A stretch of 64,000 nucleotides of DNA, taken from IMG/VR virus record IMGVR_UViG_2903405734_000002, positions 128,001 to 192,000 of that record; one strand, written 5' to 3'. Made by a program: the position numbers and the translations under genes. How positions within the stretch are numbered: position 1 is the stretch's first letter; each line of letters opens with the position of its first letter. Source of the stretch: a virus (Duplodnaviria > Heunggongvirae > Uroviricota > Caudoviricetes). The notes below the pieces were generated by a model, which searched no databases, was not told the origin of the DNA, and saw only the letters and a list, made by a program, of their open reading frames with translations. Positions 47,855-57,321 of this stretch are shown here, in pieces.

Positions 47855-50446
47855 GTGAACGAGAAAACTATGAAATTAATGATGACAGAGAAAAAAGACC
47901 AGGCAGATAAAATCGCAGCCGTTATGGGCTATAAGCAGGGTCAAAAATGTTATGAGGGAGTTCTTGAGGGCGAACCAATTCGAGTTGTTTGGTCATCAGG
48001 TCACCTTGTGTCCATAAAAAGTCCAGATGAAGTTGTTCCAGGTCTTCCTTGGGATGATCCGACCAAGCTGCTTCCTATCCCGCGTAGCTACCCAATGAAG
48101 GTCATTGAGGGAAGTCCAAAAGCCAATCCAAACGCTCATCCATCAGCCTATCTAAAGAACATAGGGGATAAGATCAGAGCGGGCATTACAGAATTCATTA
48201 TTGCTACCGACTCTGATAGAGAGGGTGAGGCAATTGGTTGGTACATCCTTAACTACCTCGGATATACAGGTAAGGTTAGGCGCGTATGGCTATCCAAGGG
48301 TCTTGACCCGAAGAGTATCAAGGAGGCAATGTCCAGCATCCGCGATCCATCTCAAACAAAGAGCTGGTATCGTGCAGCTGAAACGAGGGCGCGTTCTGAC
48401 TGGGCCTACATGTTCCTTGTGAGGGCGTACACTCATTATGCCTCATATGGAAAATTCGGAAAAAACCTGGGACAAGGATCTGGCCGTGAGCGAGTAATGT
48501 CAGTTGGCCGAGTTCAAACATCAAGCCTGGCCCTTATTGTAAGAAGAGACCTTGAGATTGAGAACTTTGTATCAAAAGATCACTTCAAAGTAAGTGGGAT
48601 GTTTTCTGCTGGCGGTGCTAGTGGTGAACTGAGTGCTTCTTACACTCCTATTTACACAAAAGAAACCATTGAGAAAAATCTCGATGGTGTGTACTGGGAA
48701 CCATCAAAGAAGAAGGTCACAGAAGAGGAAGAGGCTCCCTTGGACACCCCTCTTTTTGTGAATAAAATTCATGTGGACGAATTCAAAAAGAGACTCTTGC
48801 TTTGTAAAAACCCAAGGATTGATAGTTATAAAGAAGGTCTCAAAAAAGAGAACCCGCCAAAGACTTATTCATTGACAACCGCGCAGGCTGATATCGTCAA
48901 AAAATGCAATATTTCTGCTGGACTAGCTCAAACCATTCTTGAAGATTTGTACGAACAAGGCTGGACTTCCTATGCAAGGACGGCGAATCAAGAGTTGCCG
49001 ATGAACTTCTATGAGGCAGCAGAAAGGAATGGCATGCTGGGCAGTCTGGTTCACCTAAGTGAGGTTGGGGCGCAGGCCAGGGAGGCGATGTCCATTCATA
49101 ATGGAACCCATAACTCCTATAAGCCATTCGTTCCTGCCACATTTACCAATAAGGGAATGGAGCACTATGGCATAGTTCCAACCCATCAAGTGATGAGGCC
49201 AGGTGACTTTGACTCTCTCACTCCGAAAAAAAATGATGATAATGGCAAGATCTGCCACACAAAAGAGATGATGCAGGCTGCATATCTTCTTGTTGCAAAG
49301 CAGTACATTCAAGCCCTATATCCTGCCGCTCAATACGCAACTCAGGAAGCGGTTTTTGTTGTCCCTGTGAGGGACTTGCTTGATAACGATGAATCATACT
49401 TTAGAGCGAAGGGTGAAAGCCTTACTGATGCTGGATGGAGAAGGGCGTTTGATGCAAATGCCGAAAAGAACAACTCTTTCCCGAAGGTGAAGAGCGGAGA
49501 TGCCGTTAGATTAAACAGTGTTGAGTTGAAAGCATCAAAAACAACGCCTCCATCCAGATACACTGAGGTGACATTCACAACAGCGATGGAAAACGTTGGT
49601 AAGGATGTTGCAGACCCAGTGCTAAGGAAAAGACTTAAAGACTCCAATGGTATCGGTACTCCGGCGACAAGAAAGACCATTGTAAATACCCTTCTTGCTC
49701 GCGGATATATTATTTCCAAGGGAGGGGTCTATTACTCAACGCCAAAAGGAAGGGATCTAATTAAGGTTGTTCCTGCATGGCTATCATCACCAGAAACAAC
49801 GGCGCTCTGGGAAGATTACCTGCTTAAGATGTGTAATCAAAAAGATGACAGTATTGCAATTAAAATGAGGGATGAGTTTGTTGTAAAACAAACAGAAAGC
49901 ATTGAAAGACTAATCACTGAAATGATAAATACAATTTCAGTAGCTGGAGCAGAAAAAATTCAGTCTGGCCCAAGTGTGGTAACAGAGCGGATGAAGTCAG
50001 CCATAAAGCAAATCTGCGAGAGAAAAGGAATTCCAACCCCTCGTGGAGCAATGTCAAATCCAAAGATTGCAAGTGATTTTCTAAAAGAGCATGCAGCAGA
50101 AAGACCTGCTGGAAGTACAAATGGAACTCCTTCAAAAGCACAGGTTGATTATGCAGTAGCAATTTCAGAAAAACTAAAAGCCATGGGCATTGCTCATACA
50201 TTGCCAGGAGATCTGAGTACAAGCATCAAGTCCTGCTCTGAATTTATCAGCAACTACAAGGATAAGGCTTCTCCACCACAAAAGAAAGAAAAGGATAAGC
50301 CACCAACTCAGTCTCAGATTGATTTTGCAAAAAAGCTTATTGCTAAATTGCCAGAAGGAAAAAAAGCGCCAAAAGACGTTTTAACATCAATGACTGTTTG
50401 CGCCGCCTTCATAAAAGATCAGACAAAGGACTGGAAAAAGAAATAA
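47855..50446 (+). CDS. Type IA DNA topoisomerase (plasmid TopB/topo III-like)
   Basis: TEKKDQA, SGHL, ATDSDREGE, SVGRVQT, LYE.G..SYART, GIGTPATR; three C-terminal helical repeats. Confidence 0.92.
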   Translation: MNEKTMKLMMTEKKDQADKIAAVMGYKQGQKCYEGVLEGEPIRVVWSSGHLVSIKSPDEVVPGLPWDDPTKLLPIPRSYPMKVIEGSPKANPNAHPSAYLKNIGDKIRAGITEFIIATDSDREGEAIGWYILNYLGYTGKVRRVWLSKGLDPKSIKEAMSSIRDPSQTKSWYRAAETRARSDWAYMFLVRAYTHYASYGKFGKNLGQGSGRERVMSVGRVQTSSLALIVRRDLEIENFVSKDHFKVSGMFSAGGASGELSASYTPIYTKETIEKNLDGVYWEPSKKKVTEEEEAPLDTPLFVNKIHVDEFKKRLLLCKNPRIDSYKEGLKKENPPKTYSLTTAQADIVKKCNISAGLAQTILEDLYEQGWTSYARTANQELPMNFYEAAERNGMLGSLVHLSEVGAQAREAMSIHNGTHNSYKPFVPATFTNKGMEHYGIVPTHQVMRPGDFDSLTPKKNDDNGKICHTKEMMQAAYLLVAKQYIQALYPAAQYATQEAVFVVPVRDLLDNDESYFRAKGESLTDAGWRRAFDANAEKNNSFPKVKSGDAVRLNSVELKASKTTPPSRYTEVTFTTAMENVGKDVADPVLRKRLKDSNGIGTPATRKTIVNTLLARGYIISKGGVYYSTPKGRDLIKVVPAWLSSPETTALWEDYLLKMCNQKDDSIAIKMRDEFVVKQTESIERLITEMINTISVAGAEKIQSGPSVVTERMKSAIKQICERKGIPTPRGAMSNPKIASDFLKEHAAERPAGSTNGTPSKAQVDYAVAISEKLKAMGIAHTLPGDLSTSIKSCSEFISNYKDKASPPQKKEKDKPPTQSQIDFAKKLIAKLPEGKKAPKDVLTSMTVCAAFIKDQTKDWKKK

Positions 50447-50447
50447 T

Positions 50448-50476
50448 AAAAACCCCCGCCAAGCGGGGGTTATTTT
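50448..50476. terminator. Bidirectional intrinsic terminator
   Basis: AAAAACCCCCGC-CAA-GCGGGGGTTATTTT. Confidence 0.75.
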
Positions 50477-51285
50477 GTTTTTGATAATGTATCACTTCTC
50501 TCTTGCCTAGTCTCGAATCCAAGGGTTTCAATCGCTCTTTGAATGTTGCTCTGAATGCTGATGTAAGACTCAGGTTTTTTCTCTGCCTTTCCGTAAAGGT
50601 ATCCTTGCCCGCAATCAACTCCCATCTTTAAAAGAAGCTTTTCTATTGATGGGTCTTCAACAAATTCGGCAACTACTTTTTTGTTGTGCTCCTTGGCATA
50701 ATCAACGGTATCTGAAATAAACTTTCTGTGCTCGACATCCCTTAGACAGTCTCTTACATACATCTGATCTATCTTGATAATATCAACATCAAGCTGTTTT
50801 AAGGATTCAAGATTTGCAAAACCAGTACCAAAATCATCCATGGCAACTTCCGAGCCAAACGTTTTTACCATTGAAATAAAATCATTTACTTTTTTGTAGT
50901 CAAGTATCTCGCTGGTTTCTGTTATCTCAAAATGAAGTCTTTCTGGATGCTTCATTTTTGACATCACATCATTAAGATACTCTAAAAATCCATCGCTCTG
51001 AATTGTTAGTGGAGATAAGTTTATAGAGCATGGAAATCCATAAGCATGGAATGGAGACTCCATCTTTCTTGCCATCTCATTGATGTTCCATCTATCAAGG
51101 AGTTCTATCTCTCCAGTTTTTTCAATTGACATGATATATTGAAATATTGAAAGAGCTGAATACTTTGACTCATCTTGCGGCCTAAGAAGAACTTCATAGT
51201 GACTAATTCCACCATCCTTTATGTTCACCACGGGCTGATAAAATTGCGAGAAAATATTGCTGTATTGTTTATTCATGGCAGCCAT
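50470..51285 (-). CDS. Stand-alone EAL-domain c-di-GMP phosphodiesterase
   Basis: YQP, EVLLR, INLS, FEITET, DDFGTG, IKID, AEFVE, QGYL. Confidence 0.92.
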   Translation of the reverse strand: MAAMNKQYSNIFSQFYQPVVNIKDGGISHYEVLLRPQDESKYSALSIFQYIMSIEKTGEIELLDRWNINEMARKMESPFHAYGFPCSINLSPLTIQSDGFLEYLNDVMSKMKHPERLHFEITETSEILDYKKVNDFISMVKTFGSEVAMDDFGTGFANLESLKQLDVDIIKIDQMYVRDCLRDVEHRKFISDTVDYAKEHNKKVVAEFVEDPSIEKLLLKMGVDCGQGYLYGKAEKKPESYISIQSNIQRAIETLGFETRQERSDTLSKTK

Positions 51286-51420
51286 TCTTATTATTATTTA
51301 TTTTATGCAATAATTATATCACTTGAAAAAAATGTTTTCATTATGTTTATCCTGATTTTGGCTGCTTGATGGTGTCAAAAATAAGTGTTATTATACCATT
51401 AAATAATAGAGGGCACACCC

Positions 51421-52071
51421 ATGGACAATAAAAATAACAATAAAATCATCGAGATGATCTTGGAGCTGTTGAAAAAGCTATTTGGCAAATGGTCTGATTT
51501 CGGCCAGACAAAGGAGTCACTAGAACCTGGGCCTGTTATCAAAAATCTAGCAGGTGTTTCGGCCCTTCTTGGTGATCTTTCTTTGGCGCATGCAAAAGAT
51601 GGGGATTTTGTTTCTGCATACATAGCTAAAAACAACCAGGTTGCACTAGATGCAATTCATTCCAATATCAGCTCACTGAACGGTAGCATCAGTATTGATG
51701 AACTAAAAACAAAAATCGTAAACGATATTAAGGTATCCATTGCCGATGTTGGAAAAACCGGATTTTCCAAAGAGGGATTTTCGGACTATAAAAACCATGA
51801 TCAGCAAAAAATCTTGACTGCTATTGATGACATCAATGGATATACCATGAGCAAAATAGACAAAAATGTCTGGGGTGTAAATACCGCTCTCGTCTCTGGA
51901 ATACTTGCTGAGGTCGCCGAAATGTCAAAGGCTGAGCTTTCTAAATCTCCGCTAACTCCAGCTCAAAAGATGGGTGTAGATCCATCACCAGAAATGTCGA
52001 ATGAACAAGAAAAATCAATTGATATTGTCATTGAGCGCAAAAAAGAACAGGAAAAAGAGTTTTCTCTTTGA
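51421..52071 (+). CDS. Hypothetical protein
   Basis: GAGG RBS; ends …ERKKEQEKEFSL. Confidence 0.7.
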   Translation: MDNKNNNKIIEMILELLKKLFGKWSDFGQTKESLEPGPVIKNLAGVSALLGDLSLAHAKDGDFVSAYIAKNNQVALDAIHSNISSLNGSISIDELKTKIVNDIKVSIADVGKTGFSKEGFSDYKNHDQQKILTAIDDINGYTMSKIDKNVWGVNTALVSGILAEVAEMSKAELSKSPLTPAQKMGVDPSPEMSNEQEKSIDIVIERKKEQEKEFSL

Positions 52072-52093
52072 TTTTTAATAAAGGAGTTATTTT

Positions 52094-52495
52094 GTGAATA
52101 AGCAATCTCTGTCTTACATTTCTTTAGCCTGTGTTTTTGTTTTGGGTTGTCTTTTTGTTTTTTTTGGAACAACGATAAATGCAAAAACAATGCAAGTCAT
52201 TGAAAACACTAGCATTGCTGTATCAAGCGGGGTTTCTATACAGAATTTTATAAACCCTATCCTTGGTGTTATTGCAAAGGGATATATTACGAACGTACCT
52301 TCATGGGTTGCAAAAACATCGGTGATTCTTGGTATTTTTCTTTCATACATCAGTCTCTACATTGGAATGTGTATTTACTCAAAAAAACCTATCGGTATTT
52401 TTTTGACGAAATCTTACTGGATGTACTTTAAGCCAGTAATTACAAGCGAACAAAAAAAAGAGTTATCTTATAGAAAAAGGTCTGCCAAAAAGTGA
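52094..52495 (+). CDS. Membrane protein
   Basis: AAGGAG RBS, GTG start, two TM segments. Confidence 0.65.
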   Translation: MNKQSLSYISLACVFVLGCLFVFFGTTINAKTMQVIENTSIAVSSGVSIQNFINPILGVIAKGYITNVPSWVAKTSVILGIFLSYISLYIGMCIYSKKPIGIFLTKSYWMYFKPVITSEQKKELSYRKRSAKK

Positions 52496-53400
52496 AAAAA
52501 AGACTGCTTCCGTTGATTTTTATTTCTTTATCCTCACATGCAGGCTTCATGGTTGATGGAATGAGTGATGAAGCAAAGCAGATTTTTGTCAATGATATGG
52601 CTGATTTAAAGGTTTGGGAGTCTGGGTATGGTAATGCATGGTTTGACTCAAATCTCGGACTGTATAGTGGTTCTGGCAATGACATCTATGCCTACATAAA
52701 CAAGAATGTGTCTCTTCTTGGTGGAGAAAACCTATCTGTGTCTTTGTGCTCTCTGGATGAAAACTATCATGGTGGAGCTTACGAAAGGTGTTCAAATGGG
52801 AGTTATCATAGCGGTAATGCAATAAAAGCAAAAGACTCAAAAAGATTTGAGATGCTTGATGATGGTTACTCAGTTATTTTTCCATCAATTTATTTTGATT
52901 CATCATCAAATAGCAATGGGATTTATCTGAGCAAGGGAGGTGTTCTACCTGTTGATGACTCGTCCTCAATTTTTATTCTTGATCCACAAAAAAATGTTGC
53001 ATCAAAAATTCTTGATGGAGAGGCTGCTTTTTGGTATCGAGTATCTCATTATGCTGGTCTTGCCAGGGCAAAAGAGATGTTTTATGCAAAAACAAGGTTT
53101 GGAGAAATGTGCAAAACCGTATCTGGTAGCGACCTTTATTGCGATCCATCAGAAAACGGCCCGTTTGCAGTTACTGGCATGATGCTAAGGGATTTTGCAG
53201 CTATGTGTAAAAGCTGCTCCCCTGAAAGTCGCGTCATGATGACCTATATTGCATCTGATTATCTCTTGAGGTCTTACAATAGCAAGGAGCTAAAGTCCAT
53301 TTCACACAAGCTTGTACTAGGTAATGAGGCTGCATTCAGAAAAATCGGTCTGGATGTAGATCGACTTAAAGAGATTTACAGATGGTCAATCATTCAGTAA
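52492..53400 (+). CDS. Exported hypothetical protein
   Basis: Signal peptide ending SSHA; overlaps the previous stop by 4 nt. Confidence 0.65.
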   Translation: MKKRLLPLIFISLSSHAGFMVDGMSDEAKQIFVNDMADLKVWESGYGNAWFDSNLGLYSGSGNDIYAYINKNVSLLGGENLSVSLCSLDENYHGGAYERCSNGSYHSGNAIKAKDSKRFEMLDDGYSVIFPSIYFDSSSNSNGIYLSKGGVLPVDDSSSIFILDPQKNVASKILDGEAAFWYRVSHYAGLARAKEMFYAKTRFGEMCKTVSGSDLYCDPSENGPFAVTGMMLRDFAAMCKSCSPESRVMMTYIASDYLLRSYNSKELKSISHKLVLGNEAAFRKIGLDVDRLKEIYRWSIIQ

Positions 53401-53402
53401 CA

Positions 53403-53434
53403 AAAGAGGCCAGCTTTCGCTGGCCTCTTTCTTT
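53403..53434. terminator. Bidirectional intrinsic terminator
   Basis: AAAGAGGCCAGC-TTTC-GCTGGCCTCTTT. Confidence 0.8.
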
Positions 53435-53444
53435 TGTTTGATCT

Positions 53445-54662
53445 TTAGCTCGCCATCTTGCTCGCCTGGATGTCGTCTTCATCCAGTCCGAAGAATGAGA
53501 CCAACTCATTGAACTCGCTTTCCTCATCTCTCTCAGATGTATTCTTGCTGTCTGTTTCAGCAATAGATGAGGCGATGGTCTTCATTTCCTCTTCACGAGC
53601 GCTTCTCTCGCTAAGGAGGGCTTGTTGACGGCGCAGGCGGCTCTCCTCTCTGATCCGCTTGATACGGGCAACAGGGTCTTCCTCTGCAACAGTGGTGTTC
53701 TCCTCTACTGCTACGGCAGAAACAGGAGTAGAAGCCTCTGGGGCAGATGTGCTGACCACTGCAACATCAGCCACTTTACTTGTTATTGTGGCTATCGCCA
53801 CAGGAGAACCAGTTTCTCCCCAGCCTCCTAGCTCGTTGATCTTGGCTTTTATCTCTGTCTGTTGCTCGATTAGCTCAGAAAGCTTTTTGTTGAGATCTGT
53901 TAGTGGTCGCCCAACCCTCTTACCATCACTGCCAGCATTGGATTCAGCCAGTCGTCTTTGTTGGTCAGCATGAGCCTCGCCACTAACAATGTAGTTAATT
54001 TTATCATTAACCTTTTTGAGATCTCTCTTGAGGATATCTACCTGAGTGTACTTAGGACGCCCTGGCAGTACCTTTTTGCCTTTAACCTTTTTCAGCTTGC
54101 TCTGGTGCTCCAGAAGCAAGGACTCAAAGGTCGATTTTTCCATTTCTTCTGCCGCTTCTAATCGATTAAGAGTAGACAGCTTTGATTTAAAATCTGTTCT
54201 TGCACGATTGAGTTTAAACTCAATAGACAGCTTCGGACGACCGAGTTCTTTTACCTTGAATTCATCACCAACTGCATCCCACTCAGGCTGGGTGTAACCA
54301 AGAGGAGCCATTCTGTCCAGCTCTGCCATGAGTGTTGCTTTCTTGGATTTCTTTTTGCTCTCAAGAGCCTTATCTTCACTTTCAATGGCGCTACGAATGT
54401 CGTCATTCAGAAGATCAATGTCATTTGCGATGCTCAGGCGCAGCTCTGCGTTGGCAATAACAGCCATACCGCGAGGCTCATTGCGCTCATCAGCAGAGAG
54501 GCAGAGCATGCTATCAAACTCAGCCTCAAGTGTGTTCAGTGATACTGCCAGCTTGGTAGCAACAGTTTTCTCTTTTTCAACGAGCGGGAGCTCTGGTCGG
54601 CCCTGCTTCCGTGCTACCTCTTGCTCTTCATTATGATTTGTCATTAGGGATACCTCATTCAC
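53445..54662 (-). CDS. Coiled-coil protein with four GRP (AT-hook-like) motifs
   Basis: KQGRPE, LGRPK, PGRPK, RVGRP, each followed by an amphipathic helix. Confidence 0.7.
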   Translation of the reverse strand: MNEVSLMTNHNEEQEVARKQGRPELPLVEKEKTVATKLAVSLNTLEAEFDSMLCLSADERNEPRGMAVIANAELRLSIANDIDLLNDDIRSAIESEDKALESKKKSKKATLMAELDRMAPLGYTQPEWDAVGDEFKVKELGRPKLSIEFKLNRARTDFKSKLSTLNRLEAAEEMEKSTFESLLLEHQSKLKKVKGKKVLPGRPKYTQVDILKRDLKKVNDKINYIVSGEAHADQQRRLAESNAGSDGKRVGRPLTDLNKKLSELIEQQTEIKAKINELGGWGETGSPVAIATITSKVADVAVVSTSAPEASTPVSAVAVEENTTVAEEDPVARIKRIREESRLRRQQALLSERSAREEEMKTIASSIAETDSKNTSERDEESEFNELVSFFGLDEDDIQASKMAS

Positions 54663-54792
54663 GCTTCTTTCCTATTAGTATAGTTAAATATATCCATCTG
54701 GCAAGTTTTGGGTATTAATTTATTTAAATATTTAACTAACTGTATGTTTGCAAAGGGTTTTTGCTAATTTATTGAAAAGAAAATAAAAAAGA

Positions 54793-54808
54793 CTGTATAT
54801 AAATACAG
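54793..54808. promoter_or_regulatory. Consensus LexA (SOS) box embedded in a terminator-like hairpin
   Basis: CTGTATATAAATACAG (CTG-N10-CAG) inside AAAAAGACTGTAT-ATAA-ATACAGTCTTTTT. Confidence 0.6.
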
Positions 54809-54845
54809 TCTTTTTGGGGTTTAAAAACAAAAAATGAATGTTTTT

Positions 54846-57065
54846 TTATGCTACCGACAGTTCCTTTTGTGGCTTGCTGGTTTTATTTAGCAGTAATTTT
54901 TCAATGTCTTGAGGTATCAGCTTTAGATCTGGGAACACTCCTTTTACGTATCCTGCTTGCTTTATGCCACCCACAGACAGGTCTCCAAATCCTCGCTGCA
55001 ACATATCTTCTTCTGCAATATCAAACCCATTCTGGTGACGAACAAGTATGTTTAGCCTATTGAATGATTTTTCACTAAGCTCTGAAACAGGGCAACTAAC
55101 AGCCATAAAAAAGTCGCCCTCTCCTCCATTTCGAGCAAGTCGTCCTCTGAACTGATGGAGCGTAGATGCGCCATACTTATCAGCATCAACAACCAGGAAC
55201 CCTCTGAGGTCAGGGATCGTCAGCCCTATCTCCAGAACAGATGATGTGATAGCAATGTCGAGCTCACGAGCTTTGAGCTTTCTGATTACCTCAACCTTGT
55301 CATCAGTGGATAGACCACCATGAATCATTCCTACCCTGCCAGGGAATATCTCTTCCCAGTGTTTTGCCGCATGCTCAACACTACGCTTGCATACCTCTTC
55401 CTCTTCGCTATCAACTACGTCCTTAAGCTCAAACCCCTTCGATGATTTTTCTTGGCAGTATTCCTGAATTCTCTTAGCGGTTGGAGCATTAGCTTTTAGC
55501 CTGATAACCTTGATATCACTATCAAGATCCTCATAGCACTCATCAGTCTCGCTAGGAACAAACTGGGCGTGATTGATAGTTGCTCCCATCTCGATAAGAG
55601 CCTCTATGAGCTCATTGTGTTCGGCGTTCAGACTGCTATAGCAAAAATCGTACAGCGAAAACTCTTTTTTTCTGATTGGGTATAGCACCGCAATTTGATA
55701 GCCAGCATTAACAATACTAACCAGCTTGTCGAAAGCTAGCCTCTTCTCGTCCGACCCAACAATGGATGTACGGATGGTTTTTTTAACGGGACACTCCTGG
55801 ATGCAAGAGACCTGTTTGCCACCATACTTTACCAGCGCTGAGGTTTTAGGGATCGCGGTAGCAGTAGCCTCAAGAAAGTTGGTGTGTTCACTGATGAGCT
55901 TGAGCTTTTGATTGCTACCCAGCTTTTGCTGCTCATCAATGATCAGCAAGTCAATTCCAACATTTTTTTTCTGTTTTTTAACCCACCACAAAATTGCAGA
56001 TGTGCCAATGATGATTTCTGCGCCTTCCATCTCCACCTTTTCCTTGGAGCCCCCAATCACAAGCTTCGCTGAAACCTCGGGGAATAGCGACACACACTCA
56101 TCGTACACCTGTTTAGCCAACAAGAGGTTTGGCATTAGAATGAATACGACTTTCCCTTGTTTTTGTGCGCAAATGGCGGGGATTAAGTAAGATAAGGTCT
56201 TGCCTGTTCCCACATCACCAGATACAAGCCGATCCATAGGGTAAGGACTTGCAAGATCTTTTGTGATATCCCAAATGGCTCTCTTTTGATCCATTGTGAG
56301 CGGGAATTTTAGCCTTGAAATCAATGACTTAATAAGTTCAACATCATATGTTATGATGGATTTCTCGCTTTTATTTTTTTTCTGTAAATTAAGTGACATC
56401 AACAATGCCTGGTAGGCGTTAATGCTTCTCGAAGCGGCTCTACCTCTTGTCACCTCATCGATGTTGCGAGGTCTATGAATCGCCATCAAAATTTCTTTTA
56501 TGCTTTTGAAGCCCTCTCCAGCATTGTTTACAATATCAGCCTCAGAAACTCCAAGCGTTTCGCATACATAATTTGTTGTAATGTCACAAAATTCTCTCAT
56601 GGCAATTGCCATGTTTTCAGCGATTTTTTGATGATTTACAACCTTTTCCTTTCCTTTGTAGTAGGGGACGATCCTCCCCTGCTCTCTCAACGGGATCAGC
56701 TCTGGCGATTTAATCTGAGGATTGCCATTGTAGAGCTCAACCTTACCAGTCAGATGAACATAATCCCCAGCCTTAAAGCTTTTCCACTGGAAAGCCCCGC
56801 CAAAAGACATTGAGTTGGCAACAGTCATGCCATCAGTTAGCCTTAGCTTAATCTGCGCTGGACTTGACCTCTCATTAATCTCAGGAGATGAAACAAGCCT
56901 TAGCTTTAAATACTTTTTGTCTTTATCCAGACAAGAATGAATACTGACGGCTGGCGTCCTGTAATCCAGGTACTTTGACGGCAAATAGAGAAGCAACTCC
57001 TCAAGGCTATTTATGCCTACAGCTGCCATCTTTGACATAAACCCCTTTGATAGAACCTCTTCCAT
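54846..57065 (-). CDS. recG: RecG-like SF2 helicase (divergent)
   Basis: LLLYLP..Y.D, wedge/OB domain, FPLT.DQ, RLVSGDVGTGKT, DEQQKLG, ATAIPKT, HQFRGR..R, GFDIAEEDM..RG.G. Confidence 0.85.
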   Translation of the reverse strand: MEEVLSKGFMSKMAAVGINSLEELLLYLPSKYLDYRTPAVSIHSCLDKDKKYLKLRLVSSPEINERSSPAQIKLRLTDGMTVANSMSFGGAFQWKSFKAGDYVHLTGKVELYNGNPQIKSPELIPLREQGRIVPYYKGKEKVVNHQKIAENMAIAMREFCDITTNYVCETLGVSEADIVNNAGEGFKSIKEILMAIHRPRNIDEVTRGRAASRSINAYQALLMSLNLQKKNKSEKSIITYDVELIKSLISRLKFPLTMDQKRAIWDITKDLASPYPMDRLVSGDVGTGKTLSYLIPAICAQKQGKVVFILMPNLLLAKQVYDECVSLFPEVSAKLVIGGSKEKVEMEGAEIIIGTSAILWWVKKQKKNVGIDLLIIDEQQKLGSNQKLKLISEHTNFLEATATAIPKTSALVKYGGKQVSCIQECPVKKTIRTSIVGSDEKRLAFDKLVSIVNAGYQIAVLYPIRKKEFSLYDFCYSSLNAEHNELIEALIEMGATINHAQFVPSETDECYEDLDSDIKVIRLKANAPTAKRIQEYCQEKSSKGFELKDVVDSEEEEVCKRSVEHAAKHWEEIFPGRVGMIHGGLSTDDKVEVIRKLKARELDIAITSSVLEIGLTIPDLRGFLVVDADKYGASTLHQFRGRLARNGGEGDFFMAVSCPVSELSEKSFNRLNILVRHQNGFDIAEEDMLQRGFGDLSVGGIKQAGYVKGVFPDLKLIPQDIEKLLLNKTSKPQKELSVA

Positions 57066-57321
57066 CTTAAATTCCCCTAAAATCTTTTTTGATCAGGATA
57101 ATAAATACCCAACCGCATCTTTATTTAATTATACATAAAATATTGTATTTGACAACAATTCATTTAAAGTTTACAATGAAGTATAGTGCATTTTATTTAA
57201 AAAAGATATAAGAGCACGGCATAACATGCTGGTGCTACATTGTTTAAATTGATAGCAATTAAATAAAAAGGAGTCGGAGGGGTGCTATCCCACTTGCAAA
57301 GCAAGTTTCCGAGTAACAATC

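Noticed and set aside
49960-50446. Three short helical repeats at the TopB C-terminus
   Set aside because: Real, but similar C-terminal repeats are familiar in plasmid topoisomerase III proteins, so not considered novel.
55385-55670. Intein within the RecG insertion
   Set aside because: Too short, and no intein N-terminal block or His-Asn-(Cys/Ser/Thr) end.
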